64,000 nucleotides of DNA from Trichoplax sp. H2 (taxonomy: Eukaryota): assembly GCA_003344405.1 (NCBI GenBank), contig NOWV01000159.1, forward strand, positions 62,001 to 126,000. The letters are read 5' to 3'. A model generated the notes under the pieces. It did not search any database. It worked only from the letters and a program-made list of their open reading frames with translations, and was not told where the DNA came from. Below are positions 37,887-52,800 of the stretch, one piece after another (the stretch's first letter is position 1; the number at the start of each line of letters is the position of its first letter). The position numbers and the translations under genes were made by a program.

Positions 37887-40800
37887 ATGAACAATTTAGA
37901 TATGAAAAGGGCAGAAAAATCCGAAAATCAAGACGTTCGCTCATATCCAATAATCAAACAGAGAGGATTTTATTCCGATGTGATAGAACCTATAGCTCAA
38001 GAGCGACTAGGGGTAAATAAAATACTATTCAGAATAACACCTTGCATCAGATGCCATAGTCATATTATTATAATAATTAAACCTGTTCAAGTTAGAATGT
38101 TTCCAATGGCCCAGATACAGAACAGAATATTGCGTGGAGTATTGTAAACAACGATTACATACCATCAGGTTTGTTATCCATAAGGCATTTGTTTTATATT
38201 CCTTTCCTAATATAAAATCATTCAGTAACAGCATAAACTCACACTTTAATTCCGTGTTAGTGAATACGTTTCAAGGTCCCAATAACCTGACTACTGTCCT
38301 TCAAAACCAGATTTACGGACCGAGCTCTGCCGATTTATCAGTATCAGTAATGCTAAAATTTACTATAGCTATTACATACATTACCCTACCAATTTAGTTT
38401 CTTGTCTAAAAATTATCACCAATTCATCACAGGACTTCCTCCTTAAATCATGGGAACCGAAAGTTCAAATGCCATTCCTAACAGCTCCTGGACAAACCCC
38501 TCGTAAAATTGAAATTGAAAGGTAATCGCTAATACCAACTACTTGGCTACGATTGTGTAAAGTATTAATGAAATTTATTTGCTAATATTTTGGATGACAC
38601 TTTACTTCAACTTTGACGTATTATAATTAAAAGCCACCGTTCATAATATTTAGGAAGTACCAAGAGTAATTAATTGCAACTTCTACTTGTTCAATTTTAA
38701 AGGCAGAAGAGATTGTTTGCTGTATTAGATATCGAACAACTCCTGTCAAAAGAGGGAATAGGCACTTCAGTATTAGTACCTCCCAATGTTAAATATTCCT
38801 ATGAAGATGTTAGTCTTGATGCATCTTTAAATGGCTTATCCAACTACTTGCCTCTTGAGATCTTCGATGATACAGATTATGATAATCGAACACCTGAGGA
38901 CTGGCTATCACTAGGTAGTATTTGTGATATTGTGATATAGTATTCGTTTCGTATTTGGTTCGGAAAATAAATACAGTTTCTATATACCGCTATTGAATGG
39001 TATTATAATATAGGTAATAAAATTGGAGATACACGAAGATACCCAGTTCCTTGTAAAAGTTTAATCCCCTATCCAGAGAAACATTACCGGTGGACTGAAT
39101 GTGGAGTTCTTGATTACGATAGAGAGAGTAAACTATATAAAGTCAAAGTTATGTCTCACAGCCACGACGAGTTTGATAGTAAACTGACAGATCAGGGAAT
39201 GGGCTTGGAGAGCTGTGTACACGAGTCAAAATTCTTTTGGGTAACCCGAATACGGTTACTATTTTGTGCTGAGGATCCTGTAGCTTTTACGGCAAGAATA
39301 AAAAATGCTGTATTATCTAGAACAAAGACAGAAGGCTTGCTACGATATAATTTATACGTCGATTGCATGCCAACAGTAGGCATCGAAAGCTTAAATTGTG
39401 GTAGTTTTTCGCGTGTTATGAATTCTGTTACAGCTACTCCTTGCCCTTATCTCAAGAATATAAGGTAATGTACCTTGTGTTAAAATCCAGTATGTTAATG
39501 AAATAAATAACAGAATTTACGAATAAGAAAGAATTATTTGTAAATATAATCTCTATACCGATTTTGTAGCTTTTACTTACTTACAATGCATATGGTAGAT
39601 GTTCATATTTCGTTATTATATTACGATATTAAATTTATTCATTTTAATATTAGCGCTAGCTCTAAATTAGACAACTTACAATCAGAAATTCGTCTGGACT
39701 ATGCACGCTCGATGAACGATCAGATATTTAGAAAGATTGTGAAATCATCCCCTAAGGCATTTCCTTTCGTAGTAATACCTATTGAACCCCATCGACCAAC
39801 TCCAGAAAAAGGTAATATGCTAAATCTATCATAAGTCAACATCAAAGGCCCCCCTAGGTGTCTAAAAAGAGAAACTTTGTCTATTTAGGGTGTTGTGCAG
39901 ATATCGCTGATTATAATTGGAAGGATAAATTTAACAGCTTTTCATTTAGTTCCTTACTAACTCGTGGGGAAGTCATTGCCGCAATAAGCAAAGTTCGTAC
40001 GGAATGCAATAAGGTCGCATCAATGTCCGTATTTCATTTACCAGTAACAAAAAGCATGAGATTAGAGGAGTTTGAACAAACGCAAGCTCAAGCCAGCGCA
40101 CAGGTTAGCAAAATCCATCCATATAACCTGTATGATTTTGCATAGCGTTATTTGTTTATATATTGTAATTTTTATTGTAGACCCAGCTATTTTTGCGGGA
40201 TAGCTGGATATCTACACTTCGTGCTGGTATTTTATCAAGTTTAAGAGATACTGGAAAAGGCTGGTTCAATATGGATGAAAGAAACTGGGAAGTCTATAAA
40301 ATCTCTAAGCTGAAAAAATTTATGGAGATGGTGAAATTTGCTATGCAGGTCAAGATCTTATATCAATTTCGAATAGAATTGGTATCTTTAATATTTATCA
40401 TAATACTGTTATCGTATGCGAATCACTTTGGATCTCACGCGTTACGTCTAATTTGTTAACAAATTCTATTAAGTTAAATTTAAATTCATCATAAATTTTT
40501 ATAGGATTCTCTTCGATACTTATTGAAAGATTCTTTGAAGGCGTTTACTCAAAATTTATTAGATGTTTGCGATAGCGTTTTAAAGTTACCGGAAAACTAC
40601 GTTTGGCATGATGACCTAACTCATAGTCCCTTTAAGTATGTTTCGTTATACCATATCACGGATCAAATACAGTGACTGATATTAAAGTCTAAGAGACCAT
40701 TAATAGGATTAAATAACTTTTCACTTTTCACATTTCTTGGAAGGCCCTGGAAAAATCCGCTATTTCTTCTAGATTTGGTCATCGATTCTCACGGAGTCCA

Positions 40801-43800
40801 TTATTCGACTCCATTGGAGCAATTCGAATCGACTCTAGTGTCTTTGTTTGAAAAAGGGATTACTAGTACATATAATGTACCTCAGTTAGAAAAGGTGAAT
40901 TTTACGGAGAAAGTTTTAGTGCTTAGATAAACTGAATTTGATAACCATTGACCAATTGCGCTAAATTTAATTTCAGTTGGTAATGGATAAATTATTTTGG
41001 TCCGGAACTCCAATACTAGAATCCGTTGGCGAACATGAGCCATTCGTAACTAACTTAAAAGCTTCAGTTAGTTTCGGTATTAAACAAGCTTTAATACCGC
41101 TTCGAGCATATGCAAAAAGGTATAACAGTTACGTTGAACTCATGAATCTGGACGTAAATGAATACATCAGGCAAGGAATATAATACGAGTGTATTAAAAT
41201 GGTCCTCGATGAATTATACAGTAACTAAAATGATTAAAAAATATATTAAAATTTAGTAAAATTTATTTTATAAATTTTTAACAATACAGACAGTACAATA
41301 ATTCTGATCATACCCCAGCTGAAGTTAAAAGAGAAGTTGAAAAACATTTGGAAGAGAAGATAAAGATCGGAGACAGTATCCCTTCGAATCTGATAATTGG
41401 GCCATTCTGGGTTAGTTGTGAACAAGTGAAGTCTAATTTAGCCAAAAAGCGGAAAGACCTCAGCAAAGCTGTTCTTGAATTACTAGCAAAGAAGCTAAAG
41501 AAACAATGTGACGAGGTTAGTTTAGAGTCTCTATATATAATACTAGCTATTTCTTAGATATAAATTAAAATTATGGGTACTGATTTAAATATTCATCTTT
41601 GGTATGATCGCTAAATCTACTCTAACTGATTATTTTATCACTTTTAGATATGTAACGAATTTAAGGCTGTTTCCCGTCGACTGTACGAAAAACCAAACTG
41701 CATCGAAGATTTATCGGAACTTAGAAGTTATATAAAGACCATTCCTGAGTTATTAACCAATTATCAGGTCAGTTGTAGCTTTAATGTCAAAGCTATTTCA
41801 AATATTAATGATATTTTCTCTTATGGGTGCGCCAATCCTTATAACAGGATAAGATAAATAAGGCAATGACGGATTATGAACTTATTGAAGACTTCAATTA
41901 TAACATATCCATGGATGATTTTAATGTTAGGTATGAATACTTTGAGTGTATTAATGGTTTACTATCGACGATTTTCTCTATTCATACAGAATTTGTGCAA
42001 TGATTTTCAGTTGCGTCTTCATTTTATACTTCTTGTTACGCATCTATGTTATTATTTGACACGATAGTTATTCTGAGAGTAGCCGGTAAAAAATTGATCT
42101 TATCATTCATCAACCTGTGTTATACTTCCATTAATAACACAACATGCCATCATGATACGCGAATTTCACTAGCTAAATCTAGGGCTATGATGTAAGCGAT
42201 GCTATCTCACATAATAAAATCTTATACAACCATATTAAGAGTTACAGATGATTACGTATTAGTATTAAATATTGTATACTCATCTAATTTACCTTATAAT
42301 TATATTTAATTATGTTTACAATACTGTACATATCACTTCTCCTACTCTTACACATGCAACGACAGCCAGTATTTCAAAATTCTCAGAGTTATCATGCTAT
42401 CTATTACATGATATTATCTATCCTTTTTAATACTATAAAGTCTTCTTACGATGTTCATTGTAATGAAATTATCAGTCCGTTCGGTTAAGCTCTGGAATTT
42501 TTCTTTTAATTTCGTTTACCGAGCTAAGTGCATAATCATACATGCGACAATAAGACACCATGAAGAAACTGTAATGACTGAACAAGATCTGATATAAATA
42601 TATAACTTATGCCACATCATAGTGCACGTGAATATCTATAACATGTGATCTTAATACAATAGATAATATTAATGTAGATAAGCCAGATGGAATGTATCAT
42701 TTCTATTTCTATAAGATATAATACAATAGAACAAGCTATAATATTTCTATATGGGCGATACTACAACATTTATATCTAAATGCTATTACACGGTTGCATA
42801 CCATGTAATATACTAATATATAGAGTGTAATAACACTAACTGTCGCATTCTGAATTAATATTTTTACTATTTTTTACTGTAGATGGACTGCTGTTGGGTG
42901 GCCATATAAAATTGAACAGCAAATGAAACAAACTGATGAATCATTAGAAAAAGATGAGGAAAGATTTCGTAAGGTTCAAGTTACCGATCAAAGCAACTTT
43001 GAAGATCGACTAGATACATTACAGGTACACGTATTAAAGAGGTAGTTGCAAAACTTCGTTCTATTCTCTTATCAACATTAATTTCGTCTTCCAAGTGCAT
43101 CTGCTAAGTAGCAAAATAGGCGTATTTATCCATAGCTAATGAAGGAAACTTAAAAGCAAAGATTTGATAGTCTTTGCAAAATATCTACAGTGATAGACCA
43201 GATTAATTGTGTGTAATCTACAGTCTCGATTTTCCATTCCTACTCAGATGGTTGTAGCAGGATTCTCAGCCCATACAGATGTCAAAAAAGCTCACGAAGT
43301 TGCCAACGAGGTGCGACGTGTCGTTAAACAATTGAAGGAATGCCAAACTCTTGCTGCGTTATACAATAATCGTGAACGCCTTTTCGACATGCCTGTGACA
43401 TCGGTAATATGTCAATATTGTTCGTCACTGCAGTAATATTATAATATAAATATAAGAATGCTCATATACAATGTGCTGTATGTTAGTATACTTTGCTGAT
43501 ACAAAGATTTATAGAATAATGGTTTATTTAGTAATTGCCGAAAATTGATTCAATTTGTTGTCACTATTTCTAAGATGAAATTATTTATTTCTTACAGTAT
43601 GATAAACTGGCCAAACTTTTAAAGGATTTCGAACCTTTTAAGAATTTATGGTTGACTGTTTCCGATTGGATTAAATGGCATGAGAGCTGGATGGAAGATC
43701 CTTTGACTTCAATCGATCCTGAACTGCTGGAAAATAATGTCTCTAACTCATTTAAAACACTGCATAAGTGTTATAAGGCCTTTAAAGGTTCTGAAACATG

Positions 43801-46800
43801 AACTTGTCTATACAATTTTTAAATAAAAATGGCATAGGTCTTTAACATCTTATATTAAATTAACAAACAAACCATAACTTCTACAAGTTACGAGTATCTT
43901 TTTATACTGTCTATTCGGAATTTATTAGAAATGTTGACTCATATATCATATTCTACATTAGATATTCCAATGGTACAACAAATTGCAAAAGACATCAGAG
44001 AGCGAATAGATGAATTTAAGCCTTATATACCACTTATACACGGTCTCCGTAATCCGGGCATGAGAAGCAGACATTACGAGCAGGTTTGTCTTCTGCTAAC
44101 TGTATCTCATCTATTCTCAAGACAGTAATATTTAATACGAGCATATCGAGTACCACTTCATATATACTGAAGACACGTACGGCTAGTATTACTATGCATT
44201 ACTGACCAAACAGGCCTAAAAAATAGGGCGATAATAACTTATGATTTCCATAACGACTTTTTGCACAGCTGTCTTTGGAACTTGGGTTTACGGTAGTACC
44301 GAAGGCAACTCTTACATTCTCTAAATGCTTGGAAATGAAACTACAAGATCATATAGCTACCATAGCAAAAATTGCTGAAGTTGCTGGAAAGGAGTATTCA
44401 ATAGAACAGGTAAGACTTTAGTAACGCTTGAAATTAGTAAAATGTTAAAAGACATTTAACTGTAATTATCATACTGTTAAGGTGACAGGATTTAAGTTGT
44501 TTATTCGGTCAAAATAATAGTTTTTTTATTTTTAACAATTTTAGGCCTTGGATAAAATGGAAAATGACTGGAATCCCGTTAATTTGGAGGTTATATTGTA
44601 TAAGCAAACTGGAAGCTATATAATGAAAACAACAGATGAAACTTCTCAATTGCTAGATGATCATATCGTAATGACGCAAAGTATGTCATTTTCGCCATAT
44701 AAAAGACCATTTGAAGATAGGATAAACATATGGGAGGGTAAACTTCGTATGACGCAAGGTAAGTGCCGAAGGAACAAAGCAAGGAGCGTTGGTTATTAAA
44801 TTATGTGTTTCTTAAATCAAAGTTTCTTGTAATAATTATTGTATTATACCGAACTAGACGTCATGGACGAATGGTTATCTTGCCAACGAGCATGGCTGTA
44901 TCTAGAACCAATTTTCGGCTCTGAGGACATCAATAGACAATTGCCTGTTGAAAGTAAAAGATTTCAAACAATGGATCGAATATGGAGAAAGATCATGAAG
45001 AATGCAAAGGAAAATCCACAAGTATGAGTACTATACTGTAACTGATCACATAAATAATTATAGGATGTTTTAGACAAAGTTTATTTTGAAAGAATTAAGT
45101 CATTTACTTGTCTGCTAGTGATTTCATAGCTAAAAATAAGAAATGTACATTTGCTTACATCATACGATATATTTTAGTTTGCTTTAGATTAAACATTTAT
45201 TACCGTAATAACAATTTCGTACAAACTGGTTGGGTTATTATTATTGCGTATGGGCACTTAACCGGTTACAAATACGCAATTATCATTTACATTTAAATGC
45301 GGCATTTACATATGTAAGGTAATCCACCTTGAGCAGTTTCATATTTTAGTAGCACGCTACCTCACTTTAGTATGTCACATTACAATCAACAATAAAACAC
45401 AACAGTAACTAAGTTCTGTCATTGTATAATAGATACTATATGCGTAGATATAACTTAATATTGATCCCATGCGTAGGTGATCTCCCTATGTCCAGATGGT
45501 AGAATGCTAGAAAATTTGAAAGAATGTAATCGACTTTTGGATCAAGTTCAGAAAGGGTTAAGCGATTACTTAGAAACAAAAAGAACTGCTTTTCCCAGAT
45601 TTTATTTTTTGTCTGATGACGAGCTACTGGAGATTTTATCTCAAACTAAGGATCCTACAGCTGTTCAACCCCATCTAAAGAAGTGTTTCGAAAATATTGC
45701 TAAGGTATCATATTTTTACACTATTTCGATTGTTTTGTGGGTCGAAGTTGTAAAAAGAAACGAATTAATTCTCTATTTGCAAAGCTAAATTTCGAAAACG
45801 ATCTGAAGATCAATGCAATGCTATCATCTGAAGGTGAAAAAGTACCTTTTTCGGAGGAGGTATATCCAATTGGTAACGTAGAAGATTGGCTTTTAGAGGT
45901 TGAACGAGTCATGAAATGCAGTATCAAAGAAGTTCTACGGCAAGCTTTGATGATGTACGCAAAGGTAGGTCAATGATTTTAATGTTTATAATAGCATTAG
46001 CTAAATAGCTTTAACTAGGAAAGAAATTTCTGAGATACTGATTGCAAATCCATAGGAGGATCGAAAAGACTGGGTTCTCCAATGGCCTGGTCAAATCGTT
46101 ATCGCCGGATGTCAAACTTATTGGACTAAATTAGTTACTGATGCTATTAACAACAGTCAATTAAATAGCCTATATCAGTCGCTACTAGATCAGGTAATCA
46201 ACTTAGTCCCCTGTAAGACAATTATTAGCATGTAATACATCTAATACGATTATCTGATATTAAAATTACAGTTAGATGATTTGGTAAAACTCGTTCGTGG
46301 ACATTTAACGAAATTGCAACGATTGATACTGTCAGCTGTGATTGTTATCGAGGTATGCTTATTTTGCAGTACCCATCCTATACTGTACACTGTACAGTAT
46401 AATTATGGGTTAGTTGCTACAAAAAAATATTTCAGCAGAGAAGGTTGAGAGTAATCAAAAACGCTAGTTCTCTGGGTGTCATAAATTTTAGTTAGCATAA
46501 TTTGATGACGCATTTCTCCGTGTATGTTTACCCGCTTTAAATATATTAACCCCGTAGGTTCACGGAAGAGATGTAGTTTTCAAAATGAAGGAAGAAGGTA
46601 TAGCTAATGCAAATGAGTTCGAATGGATCAGACAGCTACGCTATTACTGGGAAGATGGACTTTTTATTAGGGTAGTAAATGCTGAATTTCCGTATGGATC
46701 CGAATATCTTGGAAACACTGGTAGATTAGTAATTACGCCTTTAACGGACAGGTGTTACTTGACTTTAACCGGTGCTCTTCATCTAAAATTTGGGGGAGCG

Positions 46801-49800
46801 CCAGCTGGCCCAGCTGGAACTGGAAAAACAGAAACTACTAAAGATTTAGCTAAAGCTATGGCCGTACAGTGTGTAGTCTTTAACTGTTCCGATCAATTAG
46901 ATTATATGGCAATGGGAAAATTTTTTAAAGGTTTAGCTAGTGCTGGAGCATGGGCTTGTTTTGATGAATTTAATCGGATTGATATTGAAGTATTATCGGT
47001 TGTGGCTCAACAAATTGCTACCATTCAAAAAGCCCAACAACAGAAAGTAGATCGGTTTATTTTCGAAGGTGTTGAAATTGCGTTAAGGTCATCATGTGCC
47101 GTATTTGTAACAATGAATCCTGGTTATGCAGGGAGAACTGAATTACCGGATAACCTGAAGGCTCTTTTTCGCCCTGTTGCGATGATGGTGCCTGATTATG
47201 CGATGATTGCAGAAATTATGTTATTTTCATACGGATTCTCGGAAGCTAAGACTCTATCAAGAAAAATTACAACCACATTTAAACTATCATCGGAACAATT
47301 AAGTTCTCAAGATCATTATGATTTTGGAATGAGAGCAGTCAAGACCGTCATTTCAGCAGCTGGCAATCTTAAACGGGAAAATCAAGTTTTAAATGAGGAG
47401 TCAATTGTATTGAGGGCTATTAGAGACGTAAATGTTCCGAAATTTTTGATGGATGACTTGAAACTCTTTAATGGAATTATATCGGATCTCTTTCCAAGAT
47501 TGAGAGAGGAGCCAGCAGATTATGGAGAATTAGAACAGTCAATACGAAAAAGTTGCAAGAAATCCGGATTATTAGATATTGATGGATTTGTAACGAAATG
47601 TATTCAGTTGTACGAGACTACAGTGGTAAGGCACGGATTGATGCTAGTAGGACCAACTGGATCAGGAAAAACTAAGTGCTACGAAGTATTAAAAAGAGCG
47701 TTAAGTGTTTTAAGGGGCAAAGAAGCTAGTAACGGATTAAATTATGAACAAGTATTCACGTATGTTTTAAATCCAAAATCAATTACAATGGGACAATTAT
47801 ACGGCGAATTTGATCAATTAACACATGAATGGACTGATGGAATTTTATCTGCATTAATCCGACAAGGAGTTACAAACAATACAACTGATAAAAAGTGGTA
47901 CGTTTTCGACGGCCCTGTTGATGCCATTTGGATTGAGAATATGAATACCGTACTTGATGATAACAAAAAGTTATGTTTAAGTAGTGGGGAAATTATTAAA
48001 TTAACAGAAGAGCAAACTATGATGTTTGAAGTATCAAACCTTTCGGAAGCTTCGCCCGCCACTGTTAGTAGATGTGGAATGGTGTATCTTGAGCCGAGCA
48101 TTTTAGGATTAGAAGCTTTCGTTATATGCTGGCTACGAAAATTGCCTACACCTGCAAAGCATTGTCAAGATAAACTTAAATATCTATTCGATACTTATTT
48201 GCAAGATTCTATTTTTTTTATGAGGCAAAATTTAAAGGAATTTGTAACTACAGTTGATAGCAACTTAGTAACCAGCCTATGTAATATTCTCGACTCCTTC
48301 TTCTCTCCATTTATTCCGAAAGAAGTTCGTATCTGTATAAGCAGGATGTAGTAAATGCATCCAATATATATAATCCGGATGCATATTAGGATCGGTGAGA
48401 CTAATTTAAATTATTTTTATTCTAAAATAGGGATACCCAAATGATAATGATGGAATACCGGAAATGGATGACCTAATTGAAATGTGGTTTATATTTGCAC
48501 TTGTTTGGAGTATTGGAGCAACATGCGATATGGATGGGAGAATAAAATTTGATAGCTATCTAAGAAATAAATTAAAACTGACTCCGATTGCACTAAGCCT
48601 TCCTGAGATGGGAACTGTGTTTGATTATAAATTAGACTATTGTATTTCAAGCCCATATGATGACGATGATGATAAGAAAATTAACAAAAAGTCGGTTTCA
48701 TGGGTAAGATGGATCGATAGTGTTGAAGAATTTGCTATTCCGATAGATTCTCGTTTTGCTGATGTTATTGTTCCTACGACTGATACTATTCGAGGTTCAT
48801 ATCTACTGAATTTGTTATTGACTAACAAAAAGCGAGTGTTATGTATTGGACCAACTGGCACCGGTAAAACGTTAACCGTTAGCGATAAATTACTACGGAA
48901 CATGCCGGAAGATTATCTATCACATTTTATTATATTTTCTGCTCGTACAAATGCTAATCATACACAGGATGTCATAGATGGAAAGCTCGACAAGAGACGC
49001 AAAGGTGTCTATGGACCACCGATAGGAAAAAGTTGCATTTTTTTTATTGATGATTTAAATATGCCTTCCTTAGAAGTTTATGGAGCTCAGCCACCTATCG
49101 AATTGATACGCCAGTGGTGTGATCATAAAGGATGGTACGATCGTAAAGCAATCGGGCAATTTCGTGAATTGGTCGATTTAAATTTTGTATGTGCTATGGG
49201 TCCTCCAGGAGGAGGTAGAAATCAGATAACTTCTCGCCTAACTAGACATTTCAATTACTTAACTTTCACTGAATTAGAAGATAAAAGTAAGTTCAGAATT
49301 TTTTCTACTATATTAACAAACTGGATGAGCCAATTCCCGGATGCGAGTACGTTGTGTCAACAACTTGTCAACGCTACAATTGACATCTATAATACAATTA
49401 CTTCTCAATTATTACCAACTCCTGCTAAAAGCCATTATACCTTTAACTTAAGAGATTTATCAAAAGTATTTCAGGGTATGTTAATGGCGGATTCATCCAA
49501 ACTAGCAGATAAAAGCGCACTACTAAGGTTATGGTTTCACGAAAATTGTCGTGTATTCCAAGATCGACTTATTGATATAGACGATTGCGTTTGGTTTCAA
49601 GGGGTTATAAACTCAAAATTAGAAAGTTTTCAATTGTCCTTGGCTGGTATTAAGACCACAGAACTTCTATTCTACGGCGATTTCATGCAACAAGCATCTG
49701 ATGTTAGGAATTACGAAGAAATTGTCAACCAAAATACCATGATTACCACATTAAATGATTATCTTGACGATTACAATCAAATATCTACTAATAAGATAAA

Positions 49801-52800
49801 ATTAGTTCTTTTTATGGATGCTGTGCAGCATATAGTGAGGATTAGTAGAGTTATCCGACAACCATTCGGGAACGCTCTTTTACTAGGAATGGGCGGTAGT
49901 GGACGTCAATCGCTAACGAAATTAGCAGCTCACATGTCCGAATATGATTGCTTCCAGATTGAGTTGTCTAAGAATTATGGGATGTCTGAATGGCGAGAAG
50001 ACATTAAAGGTATCATGCAAAAGGCCGGCCTCGAAAACAAATCTATAGTTTTTTTATTCACTGACACTCAGATCAAGAATGAAACATTTTTAGAGGACAT
50101 TAATAATATTCTTAATTCAGGTGATGTCCCAAATTTGTTTAACTCTGATGAACTTGACACAATCTATACTTCTATGAAACCTGTAGTTCTAGACGAAAGA
50201 GGACAGCCGACTAAAGCGAACCTGTATTCTGCTTTTGTAAAGAGAGTCCGCAATAATATACATTGCGTAATCTGTATGAGCCCTATAGGAGAAATTTTTC
50301 GCCAGAGGTTACGTCAATTTCCGTCGCTAGTCAATTGCTGTACAATTGATTGGTTCTCTAAATGGCCAAGCGAAGCTTTACGATCTGTGGCGCAACACTT
50401 TTTAAAAGAATTAGCAAATTTTGACGTTACAACAACTGTTTTCGATGCTTTAGTCAGTATATGTGTTAATATGCATGAATCAGTTTGTGAGAGGAGTGAA
50501 CTATATCTGACTGAATTATCTCGTTACTATTATGTTACACCATCTAACTATCTGCAACTCCTTGGAACATTCGCCAGGATATTTACTCTTAAGAAAGAGG
50601 AGTTGATCAAAAAAAGGGATAGAACTAAGACAGGATTAGATAAGCTATTAGCTACTGCTGAAGAAGTTGAAAAGCTACAAGAAGAATTAGAAACAATGCG
50701 ACCACTTTTAGAAAGGGCAGCCATAGAAACCTCTGAAACCATGCAGCAAATTAAGAAAGATACGTCAGTAGCGGAAGAAACTAAAGTCGTCGTTCAGAAA
50801 GAAGAGAAACAAGCAGCTATACAAGCTCAAAAAACACAAGAAATTGCTGATGAAGCGCAGAGAGAACTAAATGAAGCATTGCCTGCTTTGGAAGCTGCTC
50901 TATCAAGCTTGAAATCGTTAAATCGAAATGACGTCGTTGAAGTCCGTACCATGCACAAACCACCAGCAGGTGTGCGCATGGTTATTGAAACCGTTAGCAT
51001 TATGAAAGGTATCAAACCCAGAAAAGTTGCTGGAGACAAAGTTGGTATGAAGGTCGACGATTATTGGGAACCCGGTAAGGCTTTATTATCGGATCCCGGA
51101 AAATTCCTGGATAGCTTATTCAAATACGACAAAGACAATATACCAGATTCGATAATTAACAAAATTCAACCATATATTGACAGCGAAGAATTTCAACCAT
51201 CTGCTATCTCTAGGGTATCTAAAGCATGTACATCTATTTGTCAATGGGTTCGTGCAATGTATAAATATCATTTTGTGGCCAAAAATGTTGCTCCGAAAAG
51301 GGAAAGATTGCAAGAAGCACAGGCAGACTTAGTGGAAACTCAACGAATCCTAGAAGAAGCTAAGAGTAGATTACAAGGTGTTGAAGATGGAATTTCGTCT
51401 ATGAAGGCCAAGTATGAGGAGTGTGTTGCTAGAAAGGAAGAATTAGAACTAAAATGTGATGAATGTACCGCTAGACTGGCAAGAGCTGAAACGTTGATCG
51501 AAGGTCTTAGTGATGAAAGGATCCGATGGCAACATACAATAGAAGAAATTGATAGATTAGTAATAAATATTGTAGGAGATGCTCTAATATCTGCTGCATA
51601 CATAGCTTATATGGGTCCGTTTACTGGAGAATATAGGAATAAACTTTTAGATGAATGGAAAATACAACTTGAAGAGCTGCATGCTCCTCATTCATCTCAC
51701 CCATCATTAGTTTCAACCCTCGGCGATCCAGTTAAAATTAGAAGTTGGCAAATTTCAGGCCTACCTCGTGATGCATTGTCTGTTGAAAATGCTATGATAT
51801 CACAGTACTCTCAAAGGTGGCCACTATTTATTGATCCACAAGGGCAAGCTAACAAATGGGTTAAAAATATGGAGAAAGATAAAGGTTTAGATGTTTTAAA
51901 ATTGACGGATCGTGATTTCCTTAGGAGTTTAGAAAATGCAGTTAGATTTGGCAAACCTTGCTTGCTAGAAAATGTTGGTGAAGACTTGGATCCTGCATTG
52001 GATCCACTTCTCCTTAAGCATACTTTCAAGCAGTCCGGCGGAACCGTAGTCAAGTTAGGAGATGCTATCATACCCTATCACGATGAATTTAAGTTATACA
52101 TAGCGACTAAACTGCCAAATCCACATTATGCACCTGAAGTTTCATCCAAAGTAACCCTGATCAACTTCACATTATCTCCAAGCGGTTTGGAAGATCAACT
52201 CTTAGCTCTAGTTGTTGCGGAAGAAAGACCAGATCTGGAAGAGGCAAAAAATCAACTGATATTGAGTAATGCCAGAATGAGACAAGAGCTAAGAGAAATA
52301 GAAGATAAAATTTTAGCTAGACTATCTGCGTCGGAAGGTAATCCAGTTGACGATATCGATCTTATTAAGACATTAGAGGCGAGTAAAGCGAAGTCTGAGG
52401 AGATAAAATCCCGTGTAGCAATAGCTGAAAGAACTGAAAAGGACATTGATGAAACACGAAATGAGTATATTCCAGTGGCTATAAGAACAAGAATCTTATT
52501 CTTTTGTGTTACAGATTTAGCAAAGCTAGACCCCATGTATCAGTACTCGCTTGAATGGTTTATCGGTATATTTTTAAGTGGAATCTCCAATGCAGATAGA
52601 GCTGACAAAGTTCGAATTAGGATTGAAAATATCAACGATTATTTTACCTATAGTTTATTTACTAACATTTGTCGTAGTTTATTCGAAAGGCACAAGCTAT
52701 TATTTGCATTTTTGCTAAGTTCCCGAATCTTACAAGACGAAAATGCTATTGATATGGCTGAGTGGAGATTCTTACTTACAGGAGGGGCAGCTGTAACTCA

